Below are positions 1 to 9,119 of a stretch of DNA of 54,712 nucleotides, in pieces (the first letter of the stretch is position 1; each line of letters opens with the position of its first letter). The stretch is from Minisyncoccota bacterium. GTDB taxonomy: Bacteria > Patescibacteriota > Minisyncoccia > 2-02-FULL-40-12 > IGHO2-12-FULL-4. The translations under genes and the position numbers were made by a program. The stretch is taken from positions 1 through 54,712 of the forward strand of contig DATDTF010000024.1 in assembly GCA_036517795.1 (NCBI GenBank), given 5' to 3'. The notes under the pieces were generated by a model. That model was given only the letters and a program-made list of their open reading frames with translations, did no database searches and was not told the origin of the DNA.

Positions 1-162
1 CAGCTTAATGTCAGAGCATTAGCGTCTACTTCAAGCGCTATTTTGGGAAAGTTGCCGGCAGGAAGTATTATAGAAAGCTTAAGTCAATCCGGTTTATGGC
101 ACAAGATAAAATATCAGACTAAAGATGGCTGGGTACACAGCGATTATTTGAAAGCAAACTGA
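1..162 (+). CDS. 3' end of a gene encoding a bacterial SH3 (SH3b) domain; 5' end lies outside the window
   Basis: Frame 1 reads QLNVRALASTSSAILGKLPAGSIIESLSQSGLWHKIKYQTKDGWVHSDYLKAN, stop TGA 160-162. The LNVR..S....G.L..G......GW.KI....GWV...YL pattern is typical of SH3b. Confidence 0.6.
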   Translation, partial: QLNVRALASTSSAILGKLPAGSIIESLSQSGLWHKIKYQTKDGWVHSDYLKAN

Positions 163-198
163 CGATTTATCAACTACGTAAATATAAAACATCTAAAC

Positions 199-230
199 AA
201 AAAGCCTTGTTTTTACAGGGCTTTTTGTTT
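199..230 (+). terminator. Rho-independent terminator after the SH3b gene
   Basis: AAAAAGCCTTG-tttta-CAGGGCTTTTT: 11-bp stem (1 G-U) followed by a T-rich tail, 37 nt after the stop. Confidence 0.6.
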
Positions 231-235
231 AGAAT
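207..235 (+). promoter_or_regulatory. Possible promoter for the 263 gene (TTGTTT-N17-TAGAAT)
   Basis: -35-like 207-212 and -10-like 230-235; overlaps the terminator hairpin. Weak match. Confidence 0.25.
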
Positions 236-262
236 GATTGTAATAAAAAGTTCAAATCAATA

Positions 263-1855
263 ATGATTTTGAAATATCAAAAGTTGTTTGTGATTGTTTT
301 GCTGGGAGTTGTCTTTTTTGTTCCCTTTTTTAGCGCCCAAAACTTCAGTCCTTCCAGCGACGAGGTCTCTCACTTGCCAAGCGGGTACTCTTACTGGAAA
401 ACAGGCCAAATAAATCTGAATCCTCAACATCCGCCTTTTGTGAAACTGGCGACGTCTTTTCCTTTACTTTTTATGGACTTGGATTTTAATTCTCAAGATC
501 CCAACTTGGCCGGGCCTTTTAGAAATGAGTGGTCATTTGGTGAGAACTTTCTGTTTTCCAACGACACCGACAGATTATTGATGTGGGGCCGATTGTCAGT
601 GATGCTTTTTTCCGTTTTGCTCGGGTTTTATATTTATAAATGGGCATCGGAGATGTTTGGCTCTACGGCCGGTTTTGCGTCGTTGTTTTTGTATGCTTTT
701 ATGCCAAACATAATGGCCCACTCCCAGTTTGTGACTACTGATGTGGCCCTAGCTTCTTTTTCATTCATAACCTTTTATTATTTGTGGAAATTTTCCAAAT
801 TAAAGTTGAAAAAATACCTGGTATTCTCGGGTCTGTTTCTTGGCTTGGCGTTAAGTTCCAAGTTCTCGGCAACTATTTTTCTGCCGGTAATTGTTTTCTT
901 TATTTTTGTTTGTGTTTGGCGTTTTAAAAACGAGATCAATATAACAATACGGCGTTTTGTTGGTACCGGGCTGATGATAGCTATCCCTGCTTTTTTAGTC
1001 TTATACCTGACATATTTTATGCCGACTGATTCCGGGTTCTATATTAAAGGCCTGCAAACGGTTTATGCCGATTGGAAACCGGGATATGAATTTTATCTGA
1101 ACGGAGCATTTTCCCAAAACGGCTGGTGGTACTATTTTCTGGAAGCGTTTCTAATAAAAACACCCATCCCTTTCCTAATGGCTTTTACGGCTTCACTTTT
1201 GTTTTACGGTAAATTAAACATCAGCAAGTTAGACAAAGCTTTTATTTTTTTGCCGATGCTTTTCTTTGCTCTGATTACGAGCATGAAAGCGCAAAATGTG
1301 AGCGTCAGATATCTTATCCCGTCTATTCCGTTTATGATTTTGTATACCGGCGGGGGACTTTCTAAGATATTTCAATCCTTTAATTTTTTGAAATTTGAAA
1401 ACGTCAAAACCAGTATCAAAGTTGTTTCAATTTTGATACTGGTTTTGGCTGGTTGGTATGTCTTCTCTGCTATGAAGACCTATCCCGACTATTTGGCCTA
1501 CTTCAACGAGTTTGTCGGCGGGCCTAAAAAAGGACATAAATATCTTGACGACTCAAATGTTGAGTGGGGGCAGGACTTAAAAAGGATGAAGGACTATCAA
1601 ACAAAAAACCCTGACATTAAGGTGGTCTCGTCTTGGAACAGGTTAAAACCCGAGTATTATGGAATAGAAAATGTTATTCCTCTCAATGACACCAAGTGGT
1701 GGCAAAAACCGGAAGGTCTTTACGCCGTTAATACAACCTTGCTTATTCGTATGCAGCGCTTAAGCGAAACTAGAAATGACCCTACCTTGAATTGGCTGGC
1801 CTTATATAAACCAATTGATAGAATGGGTTATGCGTTTTATATTTTTAAATTCTAA
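263..1855 (+). CDS. GT-C fold membrane glycosyltransferase (family 39/ArnT/PMT-like)
   Basis: 530 aa, polytopic hydrophobic profile. N-proximal DEVSHLPSGYSYW loop matches the DE motif of lipid-phosphate-sugar-dependent GT-C enzymes. Confidence 0.7.
   Translation: MILKYQKLFVIVLLGVVFFVPFFSAQNFSPSSDEVSHLPSGYSYWKTGQINLNPQHPPFVKLATSFPLLFMDLDFNSQDPNLAGPFRNEWSFGENFLFSNDTDRLLMWGRLSVMLFSVLLGFYIYKWASEMFGSTAGFASLFLYAFMPNIMAHSQFVTTDVALASFSFITFYYLWKFSKLKLKKYLVFSGLFLGLALSSKFSATIFLPVIVFFIFVCVWRFKNEINITIRRFVGTGLMIAIPAFLVLYLTYFMPTDSGFYIKGLQTVYADWKPGYEFYLNGAFSQNGWWYYFLEAFLIKTPIPFLMAFTASLLFYGKLNISKLDKAFIFLPMLFFALITSMKAQNVSVRYLIPSIPFMILYTGGGLSKIFQSFNFLKFENVKTSIKVVSILILVLAGWYVFSAMKTYPDYLAYFNEFVGGPKKGHKYLDDSNVEWGQDLKRMKDYQTKNPDIKVVSSWNRLKPEYYGIENVIPLNDTKWWQKPEGLYAVNTTLLIRMQRLSETRNDPTLNWLALYKPIDRMGYAFYIFKF
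1403..1449. repeat. 47-nt near-perfect inverted repeat (hairpin) inside the GT-C coding sequence
   Basis: GTCAAAACCAGTATCAAAGTTG ttt CAATTTTGATACTGGTTTTGGC: 22 pairs (2 G-U), 3-nt loop. The perfect 15-nt arms are 1406-1420 and 1432-1446. Confidence 0.9.
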
Positions 1856-1877
1856 AGTTAAAAGCAATAATATTAAA

Positions 1878-3161
1878 ATGAAAAATTACGGTTTAAAATT
1901 TAAAGTCATTGTCGTCGTCGGTGTTTTTGTTCTGGTATATTTTTTTGTTACCAGTCTGGGTGTCTCATTGTTGAAATTGGACTGGCCTTGGATAGGTAGG
2001 AATCCAGACACGGGGGTATTTAAGATTCCGGAGGGGCTTGAAATTTCTGTTGTTGCCAAGAACTTAGACGGCCCTCGGGTTATTTTATTTGACTCAAGGG
2101 GCAGGATGCTGGTTAGCGAGACAAAGGCGGGGCGGGTAAGCATTTTGGAGGACAAAGACAAAAACGGTGATTTTGAAACCAAAAATTCTCTGATTGAAAA
2201 TTTGAAGTCACCGCACGGTTTGGATTTTTACAAAGATTCTAAAACGGGAATTACTTATCTTTATATTGCCGAAACGCACCAAGTGATAAGATATTCTTAC
2301 GATATTAATACCGGCAAATTGACTGAAGTTATCGGCGAGAATATCACCAAACTTCCGGCCGAAGGGCGGCATTTTACCAGAACTATCGCCTTTGGCCCTA
2401 ATTTCAGGACGGGTCAGATAGTAAGCGGTATCGGCGACATCAACACCCAGGTTGATACAAAACTTTATATTAGTGTCGGTTCATCTTGCGACACTTGCGA
2501 AGAAAATACTTGGAAGAGAGCGGCGATACTGGAGTCAGACCCCGAAGGAAGTTATACGGCTGAATTTGCCGGTGGGTTAAGAAATTCCGTATTTTTTACT
2601 TTTCATCCGGTAACAAAAGAAATTTGGGCAACGGAAATGGGTAGAGATAACTTGGGGGACAATCTGCCTCCGGACGAAGTGAATATTGTAAAAGTTGCCG
2701 GTCCGAAGCAAAAATTCGGCGCTCGCCGATACGGTTGGCCGTTTTGTTATGGCAGTCAAATTGAGGATAAGACATTTAAACCAAACAAATTTGAACGCAT
2801 AGATATTCCTAAAGATTGTGGCGAAACAGAAACACCGGTTATAGAAATTCCGGCTCATTCGGCGCCTTTAGGACTGTCTTTTGTTCCTTCCGGCATTGGT
2901 TGGCCCAAAGAGTGGGCAGGGGATCTTTTAGTGGCATTTCATGGGTCTTGGAACAGGAGTGAACCAGTGGGTTATAAAATTGTCAGATATGACCTTGATT
3001 TGAATGGCAATGTTTTGTCTCAAAAACCTTATGATTTTATATCGGGATGGTTGGGCGATGACGGTAAAATATCCGGTCGGCCGGTTGATCTGAAATTCGG
3101 GCCAGATAGTGCACTCTATATTTCCGATGATGCAGCCGGACTAATTTATCGGATAAAGTAA
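1878..3161 (+). CDS. Membrane-anchored PQQ-dependent sugar (glucose/sorbosone) dehydrogenase-like beta-propeller
   Basis: N-terminal TM anchor, then LEISVVAKNLDGPRVILFDSRGRMLVSETKAGRVSILEDKDKNGDFE and a C-terminal GRPVDLKFGPDSALYISDD motif, both typical of the SGDH family. Start moved from track 1815 to ATG 1878, just after the upstream stop. Confidence 0.6.
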   Translation: MKNYGLKFKVIVVVGVFVLVYFFVTSLGVSLLKLDWPWIGRNPDTGVFKIPEGLEISVVAKNLDGPRVILFDSRGRMLVSETKAGRVSILEDKDKNGDFETKNSLIENLKSPHGLDFYKDSKTGITYLYIAETHQVIRYSYDINTGKLTEVIGENITKLPAEGRHFTRTIAFGPNFRTGQIVSGIGDINTQVDTKLYISVGSSCDTCEENTWKRAAILESDPEGSYTAEFAGGLRNSVFFTFHPVTKEIWATEMGRDNLGDNLPPDEVNIVKVAGPKQKFGARRYGWPFCYGSQIEDKTFKPNKFERIDIPKDCGETETPVIEIPAHSAPLGLSFVPSGIGWPKEWAGDLLVAFHGSWNRSEPVGYKIVRYDLDLNGNVLSQKPYDFISGWLGDDGKISGRPVDLKFGPDSALYISDDAAGLIYRIK

Positions 3162-3167
3162 AATTAA

Positions 3168-3914
3168 ATGACACCTCCCTCTCTTTCTGTAATTGTTCCG
3201 GCTAGAAACGAAAAAAAGTATATTGAATTGGTTGTTAAAAGACTTCTCGCCGTTTCTTTGCCCGAGAATACGGAGGTTTTGTTTGTTGAGGGTCATTCAA
3301 CGGATGGCACCTTGGATGAAATAAAAAGAGTGGCCGAGAGTTACAAAGACAAGATTAATGTTCGCTATGCGGTACAGGATAACATCGGCAAAGCCGATGC
3401 GGTGTGGAAGGGATTTAGTCTGGTCCAAAACGACATCGTCATGATACTAGATGCCGATTTAACCGTTGAACCCGAAGTCTTACCCGAATTTTATGAAGTA
3501 GTGAAATTTAGTCCCGATATTTTTGTGAACGGTTCTCGTTTGGTTTACCCCATGGAAAAAGGAGCGATGAGACCGTTGAACTATCTGGGCAACAAATTTT
3601 TTGCTTTACTGCTAAGTTTCGTTGCCGGACAAAAAATGTCTGACACGCTTTGCGGTACGAAGGGGATTTATAAAAGCCGCTTTGAGGCCATAAAAACAGC
3701 AGGACTAATAGAAAAACTGGAGGATCCATTTTGTGACTTTACTTTGTTGTTGGGAGCGTCTTATTTGGGCCTTAATATAGTCGAGGTTCCGATAGAATAC
3801 AAAAAAAGAATATATGGTTTGACAAAGATAAGGCGTTTCAAAGACGGATGGAGGCTTTTAAAAATAGCGATAAAATACTTGTTTTTACCCAAGCATGCTT
3901 CTAGAAAAATATAA
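3168..3914 (+). CDS. GT2 (GT-A) glycosyltransferase, Dpm1/polyprenyl-phosphate-sugar synthase-like
   Basis: LSVIVPARNE ... EGHSTDGT ... ILDADL (DXD) motifs; 248 aa. Confidence 0.7.
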   Translation: MTPPSLSVIVPARNEKKYIELVVKRLLAVSLPENTEVLFVEGHSTDGTLDEIKRVAESYKDKINVRYAVQDNIGKADAVWKGFSLVQNDIVMILDADLTVEPEVLPEFYEVVKFSPDIFVNGSRLVYPMEKGAMRPLNYLGNKFFALLLSFVAGQKMSDTLCGTKGIYKSRFEAIKTAGLIEKLEDPFCDFTLLLGASYLGLNIVEVPIEYKKRIYGLTKIRRFKDGWRLLKIAIKYLFLPKHASRKI

Positions 3915-5577
3915 AGAACCTCTGTATGTTTTTTCTTTTGTTATTATTTTGTTTGTCTTTTTGTTTGGCGGTGTTCTGGGGGCCGGATATATTCTTGATG
4001 ACCACTCGGTTATTGAAAATAGAGAAGAGTTGAGAGGTGTCTCCGCTGTATATAAAGTTTTCACTTTACCGTGGCATCAAAACCAGCCTTGGGCCGGTAA
4101 CTACAGGCCTCTTACTCTATTTTCCTATGCCTTGTCATTGTCATTTTCAGAAAGTACGGCTATTTTGCGGTTTATAAACATAGTCATTCATGCGGCGAAT
4201 GCCGCACTCGTTTTTTATTTAGTTAGGATGTTTTACTCCGGTAAGTTCGCTTATTTCACAGCGATAGGGTTTGCCGTTTTGCCGATTAATACAGGCACCA
4301 TCTTGTCTCTCGTCGGCCGAAGTGACTTGTTTAGCGCATTCTTTATTCTTCTGTCAATTATTCTATTTTTTAAAGATAGATACGGCTACAGCGTTTTAAT
4401 TTTCTTTTTAGCTTTATTGGCAAAAGATTTTTCTATTTTTCTGTTGCCGGTTATTGTTCTTCTCTCTCTATTTTCAAAGGGACATGAACTCAAGAAGACA
4501 TTGAAAACAGCGCTTCGTTATTCTTTGGCACTGGTGCCTTATTTTGCTTTGCGGTATTTAGCCCTTGGAACACACGCATTTAACAGTCGCGGATCCATCG
4601 ATCCAATAATAGGACCTTTGGCGTTTGCCGGCTTTAAAGAAAGGATGTTGACCGGATTTGCATACTTTTATCTCTATTTAAGAAAAACATTTCTTCCCTT
4701 TGACTTGTCTCCGGACTATTCTTTTAATCAAATTCCCATCCCTAAAATTTTAAGCCCGAACCTGATTATTGGTCTAATTCTTTTGTTGGCGATTCTGGTT
4801 GTATTTTTTAAAAACCGCGATCGAAACATAAAAGTTCCAATTATTTTTTTCTTGGTTATCTTCGGAGCGATTTCAAATACGGTTCTTGTAACTACCGGTA
4901 CCTTTGCCGAAAGATGGTGGTATCTGCCGTCAGTGGGTCTATTTTGGTTTGCTTCTGCGTTTATGCGGGGATGGTTTAATGACAAGGGTCACTTTAAGTT
5001 TTTATTTTACCCGCTTATTTTAGCGGCGGGAATTTATTATTTATATGCTTCTTTTGAGCAAGCCGGAACTTGGACTAGTGAAAGAGAACTATTTGTCGTT
5101 GCGGCTCAAAGATCGCCAAATAGCGCTTGGGCAAGAACCAATTTAGCCGCCGTTTACTTTAAAGAAAAAAAATTTGATCTGGCGGAAACGGAGATAGGAC
5201 AATCCCTTAAGATAACAGAAAAATATCCTGCGGCTTTAAATATTTATGCCAAACTAAAGTGGCGGAATGGAGAATTTAAGGAAGCGAGGTCGGCGTTTGA
5301 GCGAGCGGTAGAGTATGACCTGAACAGGCGAAATAACAGGGACTTATACCGTTCTTTGGCTATTTTAATGCTGGAAACAAGAGAATATGGTGAAGCTGAA
5401 AGATATATTAAAAATGCTTTAAATAGTCTGGTTTTTAGAGATGCAAACAAGGCAATTTATTTGGACAATCTGCTCTTTGGTTATATTGATGCTTTGGTAA
5501 AAAACAAGTCTGGTGGTTTGCCTGATTCGGAAAAGAAAATAGTTGAAGCTCTCATTGCCCATATTAAGGGTTTTTGA
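3895..5577 (+). CDS. GT-C membrane protein with C-terminal TPR repeats (TMTC / protein O-mannosyltransferase-like)
   Basis: N-terminal YILDDHSVIENRE loop, about 10 TM helices, and a C-terminal TPR-like region (WARTNLAAVYFKEKKFDLAETEIGQSLKI...). Confidence 0.6.
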   Translation: MLLEKYKEPLYVFSFVIILFVFLFGGVLGAGYILDDHSVIENREELRGVSAVYKVFTLPWHQNQPWAGNYRPLTLFSYALSLSFSESTAILRFINIVIHAANAALVFYLVRMFYSGKFAYFTAIGFAVLPINTGTILSLVGRSDLFSAFFILLSIILFFKDRYGYSVLIFFLALLAKDFSIFLLPVIVLLSLFSKGHELKKTLKTALRYSLALVPYFALRYLALGTHAFNSRGSIDPIIGPLAFAGFKERMLTGFAYFYLYLRKTFLPFDLSPDYSFNQIPIPKILSPNLIIGLILLLAILVVFFKNRDRNIKVPIIFFLVIFGAISNTVLVTTGTFAERWWYLPSVGLFWFASAFMRGWFNDKGHFKFLFYPLILAAGIYYLYASFEQAGTWTSERELFVVAAQRSPNSAWARTNLAAVYFKEKKFDLAETEIGQSLKITEKYPAALNIYAKLKWRNGEFKEARSAFERAVEYDLNRRNNRDLYRSLAILMLETREYGEAERYIKNALNSLVFRDANKAIYLDNLLFGYIDALVKNKSGGLPDSEKKIVEALIAHIKGF

Positions 5578-5590
5578 TACCATATAACCT

Positions 5591-7852
5591 ATGTCTAGAC
5601 CCGTTATTAAAAAGTCTTCCGGTTTGGCAAAATTTCTTCGTTTCGGTATATACCTTACGGCTTTTGTGCCGCTTATTATATTTAGGGACTTTTTATCCCC
5701 ATTTCATTTCGGGAAAGTTGTTGTTTTCAGATCCCTGATTGAAATTATGGGGGTAGTTTATTTACTACTTGTCTTAAGGGACAGGTCTTACCTTCCGCGT
5801 CTGGATAAGATATTCTGGGCGTTTTTATTTTTTACTTTGGCTTTCACCTTTACTACGATTACCAGCGTTTTAAAATATCCAAGTTTTTGGGGGACCCTTG
5901 AAAGAATGGGCGGACTTTGGACTTTTTGGCACTATTTTTTATTTTACATCATCCTAACTTCCGTTTTAACAAAACGCGAACATTGGTATTGGCTTTTGGA
6001 TTTTACTATTTTTGCCGGGGTATTGTCGGCGTTTTACGGTTTCGGTCAGAAGACTAACATTGACTTTTTTCTTGGGTCAGGCAACAGGGCCAGAATTTTC
6101 GGCACCATTGGTAACGCGGCATTGTTTGCGGGAACACAGCTTCTAGCGGCGTTTTTGTCTCTTACGCTATGCGTAACCAACAACACCAAAAACAGAAAAA
6201 TATTTTACCTTTGCGCTTTTGTCATTATTTCTGTTGCGGCTTTAATGACCGCAGTGAGAGGGTCCTTGTTGGCTTATGCGGCGGGTATAATGGTTTTTAT
6301 GTTCTTATGGGGCTTGTACAGAAAGTCGTATTTCGGGAGGAAGTCCTTTGGCTATCTGATAGGACTGATGGTTGTTTTCATTATCTTCTCGCTTGTTTTT
6401 CACGATTCCTCATTTGTCAGAAAATCAAAATATTTAAGTAGGGTTACCGACTTGTCTTTGACTTCTCAAACTACCGAGACTCGCTTTTGGGCTTGGGAAG
6501 CTGGGTTAAAGGGGTGGGTTGATAGTCCAAAAACAATTGTTTTGGGCTGGGGGCCGGAGAATTTCAATATACCATTTTCAAAATATTTTAATCCTAAATT
6601 TTTTGCCGGTCCCGGCGCCGAAACTCTGTTTGATAGGGCACACAATATGTTTATTGAGGTCTTGGTGACAATGGGTGTTGTCGGTCTTTTGGCTTACGTC
6701 GGTGTTTTTGTTGCTCTTTTTGTATACTTACGGAAACTACTAAAGAACGAAAATTACGTTGTTTATGGTGTTGGTTTAATATCCGCGGCAGTTGCCTATA
6801 TTATTCACAATTCTTTTATATTTGATACTTCCGCTAACTTCATAATCTTCTTTTCTGTTTTAGGATTTGTGTCATTTCTTAACGCTAATATGAATAATGT
6901 TAATAAAGATTCTAATATCGCGAATAACTCAAGAAAGCGAAATGGCATTGTGACTAATTTGGTTGGAGCGGTTTTGTTTATTGCAGTTGGGGTTTCAATA
7001 TATAAGACGAATATTCTGCCGGCCAAGGCTAACTATGCTATTACTAGGGCTATCGTCAGAAGTTGGGCGGGCGATGCTATCGGTGCTATTGAAAAATATA
7101 AAGAGGTGCTTTCCTATAATGTATTCGGCAAGTATGAATACAGGCATCGTTTTGCGCAGTATTTAGTTGGGGCTGGTGCTCCCAGCGTTAAAGAAGAAAA
7201 AATTAGAGAGGCACACCTGTACGCCATAGAACAAGTTGACAAAAATATTGAAGAGAACTCTATTGATTACTTGCCATATCTTTACAATTCCCGGTTGAAT
7301 ATTATGCTTGGTAAAGATGATCCCGCATCACCTTACAATGACAAGGCCTTAGAATATTCTATGAAGGCTTTAGAGTTTTCTCCGACTTTTATTAGGACAT
7401 ATTATGAAATAGCCCAGGCCTACCTTAACAAAAAGGATTATCCCAAAGCGATTGAATATTTCCAAAAAGCTGCCGACCTGAACCCGGACACAGGGATATC
7501 ATATGCTTATCTCGGAGCGGCCAAGATAGAAAACGGCGATTTAAGCGGAGTCAAAGACTTGGAAAAATCTTTGACCAGTAAAAACCCATACTTCCTTCGT
7601 GAAGTTGATTTTCATAAGTTGGTCAATGCCTATGCTAAAACCAAGGATTTTGTCCGTGTTGCCTGGATTTATGAAAAATTAATTATTTTAAACCCAAAAA
7701 ATCCCCAGTATTACGCTTCGCTGGCTACTGCTTATGTTAATTTAGGGAAAATCGAGGAAGCGGTGGTAATGGCCAGAAAAGCGGTTCTGGTGGATCCTTC
7801 TTTTGAGTCGGACGCAAGGATATTTTTAAGAGGACTGGGCAGAGAACTCTAA
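5591..7852 (+). CDS. O-antigen ligase/polymerase-like (Wzy_C) membrane protein fused to C-terminal TPR domain
   Basis: RARIFGTIGNAALFAG and FDRAHNMFIEVLVTMGVVGLLAY resemble the Wzy_C/WaaL/PglL signature. The C-terminal ~300 aa is TPR-like (AQAYLNKKDYPKAIEYFQKAADLNP). Confidence 0.65.
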   Translation: MSRPVIKKSSGLAKFLRFGIYLTAFVPLIIFRDFLSPFHFGKVVVFRSLIEIMGVVYLLLVLRDRSYLPRLDKIFWAFLFFTLAFTFTTITSVLKYPSFWGTLERMGGLWTFWHYFLFYIILTSVLTKREHWYWLLDFTIFAGVLSAFYGFGQKTNIDFFLGSGNRARIFGTIGNAALFAGTQLLAAFLSLTLCVTNNTKNRKIFYLCAFVIISVAALMTAVRGSLLAYAAGIMVFMFLWGLYRKSYFGRKSFGYLIGLMVVFIIFSLVFHDSSFVRKSKYLSRVTDLSLTSQTTETRFWAWEAGLKGWVDSPKTIVLGWGPENFNIPFSKYFNPKFFAGPGAETLFDRAHNMFIEVLVTMGVVGLLAYVGVFVALFVYLRKLLKNENYVVYGVGLISAAVAYIIHNSFIFDTSANFIIFFSVLGFVSFLNANMNNVNKDSNIANNSRKRNGIVTNLVGAVLFIAVGVSIYKTNILPAKANYAITRAIVRSWAGDAIGAIEKYKEVLSYNVFGKYEYRHRFAQYLVGAGAPSVKEEKIREAHLYAIEQVDKNIEENSIDYLPYLYNSRLNIMLGKDDPASPYNDKALEYSMKALEFSPTFIRTYYEIAQAYLNKKDYPKAIEYFQKAADLNPDTGISYAYLGAAKIENGDLSGVKDLEKSLTSKNPYFLREVDFHKLVNAYAKTKDFVRVAWIYEKLIILNPKNPQYYASLATAYVNLGKIEEAVVMARKAVLVDPSFESDARIFLRGLGREL

Positions 7853-7867
7853 AGCCGACGGCTATTG

Positions 7868-9097
7868 TTAAAGAAGAGCCTCAATCTCTTTTACCACCTT
7901 CTCTAGTGGAAATTTGAAGAGAACGGTCTGGTGGGCTTGAATACCAAACTCTTGTCTAAGGCGGTTGTCGTTTATTAACTTCCGCAGTTTGGCGGCTATT
8001 TGTTCCGGTTTAGCCGGTTCTACCAACATTCCGTTTTTGTTGTCTTCAATAATTTCCGACACGGCTCCAACTCGGGTGGCTATAATCGGCAATTTGGCGT
8101 TCATTGCTTCTAAAATGCTCCAAGGGAAACCTTCTTTAACCGATGGCAAAACAAAGATGTCAAAAGCCGTTAAATATTGAAATGCTTTCGGCAAATACCC
8201 TATCAAAAAAACCTTGTTTTCTAATCCGTAATTTTTGATTTGCCATTCCAGATTTTCTCTTTGTACCCCGTCTCCAACAAGTATAAAGACCGTGTCTTTA
8301 TCGTCTTTGAATTCTCTTGCGGCTTTTATTAAATTTTCCAGGCCCTTGGCCGGATAAAAGTTAGCAATCGTGCCTATGACATTTTTTGTCTGAAATATTT
8401 TTCCGGAATATTTTGCAATTTTTTCAAACAGTTTTAATTTAGCTTCCGTCGGAGACAGGAAGTTTGTTTTATAAGCGTCTATGCCGTTGTAAACTAAAGC
8501 AATTTTTTCTTTTGGTCGGATTCCTAATTTATTTGCCTGTTCCATGTCGTGCAGGTTGTTGACTATGATTAAGTCTTTCCAATTCGCGCTGATTTTTTCC
8601 AGCAGGATCCACAATCCTTTTTTCCATCTTGGCCACGGGTCGTTAAATGTCCAGCCACCTATTCGGTACAGGACCGATAATTTAGGGTTAGGAACTAAAA
8701 ATTTGGAGGTGAAAGAACCTAAAAAACCAGCCTTAGAACTATTCAGGAAAAGTACGTCTGGGTGCCACGATTTTATTAGTTTTCTTATCTCAAAAACGGC
8801 CTTTATGTCTTTCCAAAGACTAACCTCTCTTGTCAGGTGTTTTAGTTGGAAGGTTGTGACGCTTTCTTTTTTCAAGGCCTCCAGCAAAGAATATTCCTCG
8901 TTTTTAAATTTTTGGTTCCTAATTTTATTCTGTGGTCCTGCTGCAACCATGACCTCATATTTGTCTTTGTTCAGACGGGGAATAAGGGTGTAAAAAAACC
9001 TTTGAGCTCCGCCCATTTCTGATTGGGTAACTACAAATAAAACCCTTTTTTTTGGGCTTTTTTCTAGTGAAGCTGGGTGATTGATTTTATCTTCCAT
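7868..9097 (-). CDS. GT4 glycosyltransferase
   Basis: 409 aa with C-terminal E-X7-E region EGFPWSILEAMNAKLPIIATRVGAVSEIIEDNKNGMLVEP. Confidence 0.8.
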   Translation of the reverse strand: MEDKINHPASLEKSPKKRVLFVVTQSEMGGAQRFFYTLIPRLNKDKYEVMVAAGPQNKIRNQKFKNEEYSLLEALKKESVTTFQLKHLTREVSLWKDIKAVFEIRKLIKSWHPDVLFLNSSKAGFLGSFTSKFLVPNPKLSVLYRIGGWTFNDPWPRWKKGLWILLEKISANWKDLIIVNNLHDMEQANKLGIRPKEKIALVYNGIDAYKTNFLSPTEAKLKLFEKIAKYSGKIFQTKNVIGTIANFYPAKGLENLIKAAREFKDDKDTVFILVGDGVQRENLEWQIKNYGLENKVFLIGYLPKAFQYLTAFDIFVLPSVKEGFPWSILEAMNAKLPIIATRVGAVSEIIEDNKNGMLVEPAKPEQIAAKLRKLINDNRLRQEFGIQAHQTVLFKFPLEKVVKEIEALL

Positions 9098-9119
9098 TTA
9101 TGACATTATTTTACCATAT

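Noticed and set aside
252-272. Small AU-rich hairpin TCAAATCA-taa-TGATTTTGA spanning start codon 263
   Set aside because: It is an 8-bp stem with a bulge made only of A/U-rich pairs, too weak to claim translational control.
1815-1877. Upstream alternative starts given by the ORF track (1815, 9081, 16361, 22097, 30536, 31614, 46206, 48652, 53522)
   Set aside because: Several use TTG/GTG and others are upstream ATGs. In each case they overlap the neighbouring gene or regulatory repeats. A downstream ATG fits family N-termini, an SD, or ATGA/TAATG coupling better.
5573-5579. Isolated TTGATAC/GTATCAA heptamers elsewhere (e.g. 2452, 5573, 14682, 18027, 27731, 44687, 48478, 50179)
   Set aside because: Their total count, about a dozen, is close to expectation for an AT-rich 7-mer on both strands. 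Only the phased arrays and the 1403 palindrome are non-random.
7853-7867. Possible terminator between convergent genes 5591-7852 and 7868-9097
   Set aside because: Only a 4-bp AGCC/GGCT stem and no T-run, so it is not a convincing terminator.
8544-8993. Long antisense or nested ORFs in the track (also 38896-39309, 43562-43966, 45818-46231, 46006-46338, 54243-54611, 23130-23468, 35654-35989 and many of 60-110 aa)
   Set aside because: Each lies wholly inside a longer ORF on the opposite strand or another frame that has clear family motifs. Their translations are low-complexity with no motifs, so they are shadow ORFs.
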